Below are positions 62,796 through 64,000 of a stretch of 64,000 nucleotides of DNA, in pieces. The notes under the pieces are model-generated. The model was given only the letters and a program-made list of their open reading frames with translations. It was not told the origin of the DNA and did no database searches. Position 1 is the first letter of the stretch. The number at the start of each line of letters is the position of its first letter. Location: positions 2,108,001 through 2,172,000 of the forward strand of contig MU054466.1 of assembly GCA_013239625.1 (NCBI GenBank), given 5' to 3'. Both the position numbers and the translations under genes were made by a program. This DNA is from Lama guanicoe. Its lineage: Eukaryota.

Positions 62796-63632
62796 TGCTC
62801 CGAGGTGTCCGTCTGACGGAGCTGGGAGCCTGCTGCCCGCGAGTGGGCAGTGCCGGCCCCGCTGCCGAGTCGGGGCTCCCGAGGAGGAGGGGAGACACTA
62901 GTGCTGAGGGGCCCCAGGGGTGCCGGGGGAGCCGTTGTGGTTTGTGGGCGTGGGTGGGTCCTGAGCTGCTGTGTGGCGGCCACGCCTCCGCTCTGTGGGC
63001 TGGGTATCCAGAATGAAACCTCAGCAAGGCAGAGAACCCTGATGAGGGGGCAGGAACCACAGTGCCCCCACGGGCTGCCGTTCCCTGATGCTGTGGACTG
63101 GCTGCTACTATCTCGGGCTGCCCCAAGTACCTGGCAGGGAGGCTGCCATTTCTCGTCTGCCCACTGCCACCTCCCCGACCTAGCCCACTGCGAGCCAGGC
63201 CCGGCAGCCTCACTCTTCCACAGACCCCGAGGTCGGGGGAGCAGGACGCTCTGGGCCTGGGAGGACGCGAGGGGGCTCCTGGGCGCGAGTACACGCGTGT
63301 GCACCTGCACACAGATGATGCAGAAGTGAACGGTGCTGGGTCCGAGGAGGATGTGGGAGAGGCCCTGCCACTTGCCAGCTGAGCAGTAGGAAGCCCCCAC
63401 TTCGCCCCCTCCCATGGCCTCCCTGCCTCATCACAACAAGGGCAGGTGGTGGCGCAGGCGCCAGTGACTCCGATCGTGTCATCCCCAGTGCTCTGATGCT
63501 GCAGTGTCCTTCCCCCTCTCCTCTGCCCTAGACCACCTCCTCGCTTGGGTCCCGAGCCCTTCAGTGCGAGTGCCGGGCTGCTTCTACCCAGGGTCCCCTC
63601 TGCCTGCGGTCCCTTCCACCCATATGATGACT

Positions 63633-64000
63633 GATTCATTCATTTATTGAGCACCTGCTGTGTACCAGGCATCATGGTGCCAATGAAGAAACAGCTGAGA
63701 ACGAGATTGATGTGGTCCCTGCCTTCGTGGGCTTGCATCGCAGTCTCCGGGGGCACAGAGACAGTAGACGAGAAACTAAGGAAATATTTACAAATCAGCC
63801 TCAGTGCTGTGAAAACAGGGTCCTGGGATGGAGGCTAACCCGTCCTGAGGTGGGATGGACTTTAGACAGGGAAGTCATGGAGGACATCTCTGGGTGGGGT
63901 GACTTTTAAGCTGAAGGACTGGCAGAAGCTGGATGTGGAGAGACTGAGGGGAACAGCACTGTAGGTGCAAGGAACAGCATCTACAGAGGCCCTGAGGCAG
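63633..64000 (-). mobile_element. L2 3-prime region
   Basis: attcattcatttattgagcacctgctgtgtaccaggca ... gtccctgccttc ... ggaacagcatctacagaggccctgagg. Confidence 0.85.

Noticed and set aside
1-64000. Prokaryotic-style systems (operons, CRISPR, defence islands), tRNA or rRNA genes, intact retroviral genes
   Set aside because: The sequence is mammalian non-coding DNA and none of the diagnostic motifs or structures were seen.

Overview
GC-rich eutherian mammal genomic DNA with no convincing protein-coding exon; the many short ORFs look like the chance ORFs expected in GC-rich sequence. The centrepiece is a CpG island at about 36.45-38.1 kb that looks like the promoter and first exon of a + strand gene, with two N-gaps inside it. 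About 36 kb of upstream intergenic DNA precedes it and about 26 kb of probable intron 1 follows. Scattered through both are short AT-rich, TAAT/FOX/SOX/POU-motif-dense islands that resemble conserved non-coding enhancers of a developmental regulator. The recognisable repeats are all ancient: L1M, L2, L3/CR1, MIR, hAT-Charlie (MER3, MER5, MER33, MER58A) and MaLR/ERVL LTRs, several with intact target-site duplications. I saw no young lineage-specific SINE. There are five N-gaps (26899-27038, 28129-28268, 31787-31950, 36746-36949, 37242-37432). I found no evidence for a new multi-gene biological system. The items most worth checking are the candidate enhancer landscape, a GT/CA foldback just upstream of the island, a hAT insertion hotspot with a triplicated TSD, a perfect 62-bp tandem duplication and a CpG-depleted block. 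Repeat family names come from recalled consensus sequences, not from a database run, and most repeat boundaries are approximate.
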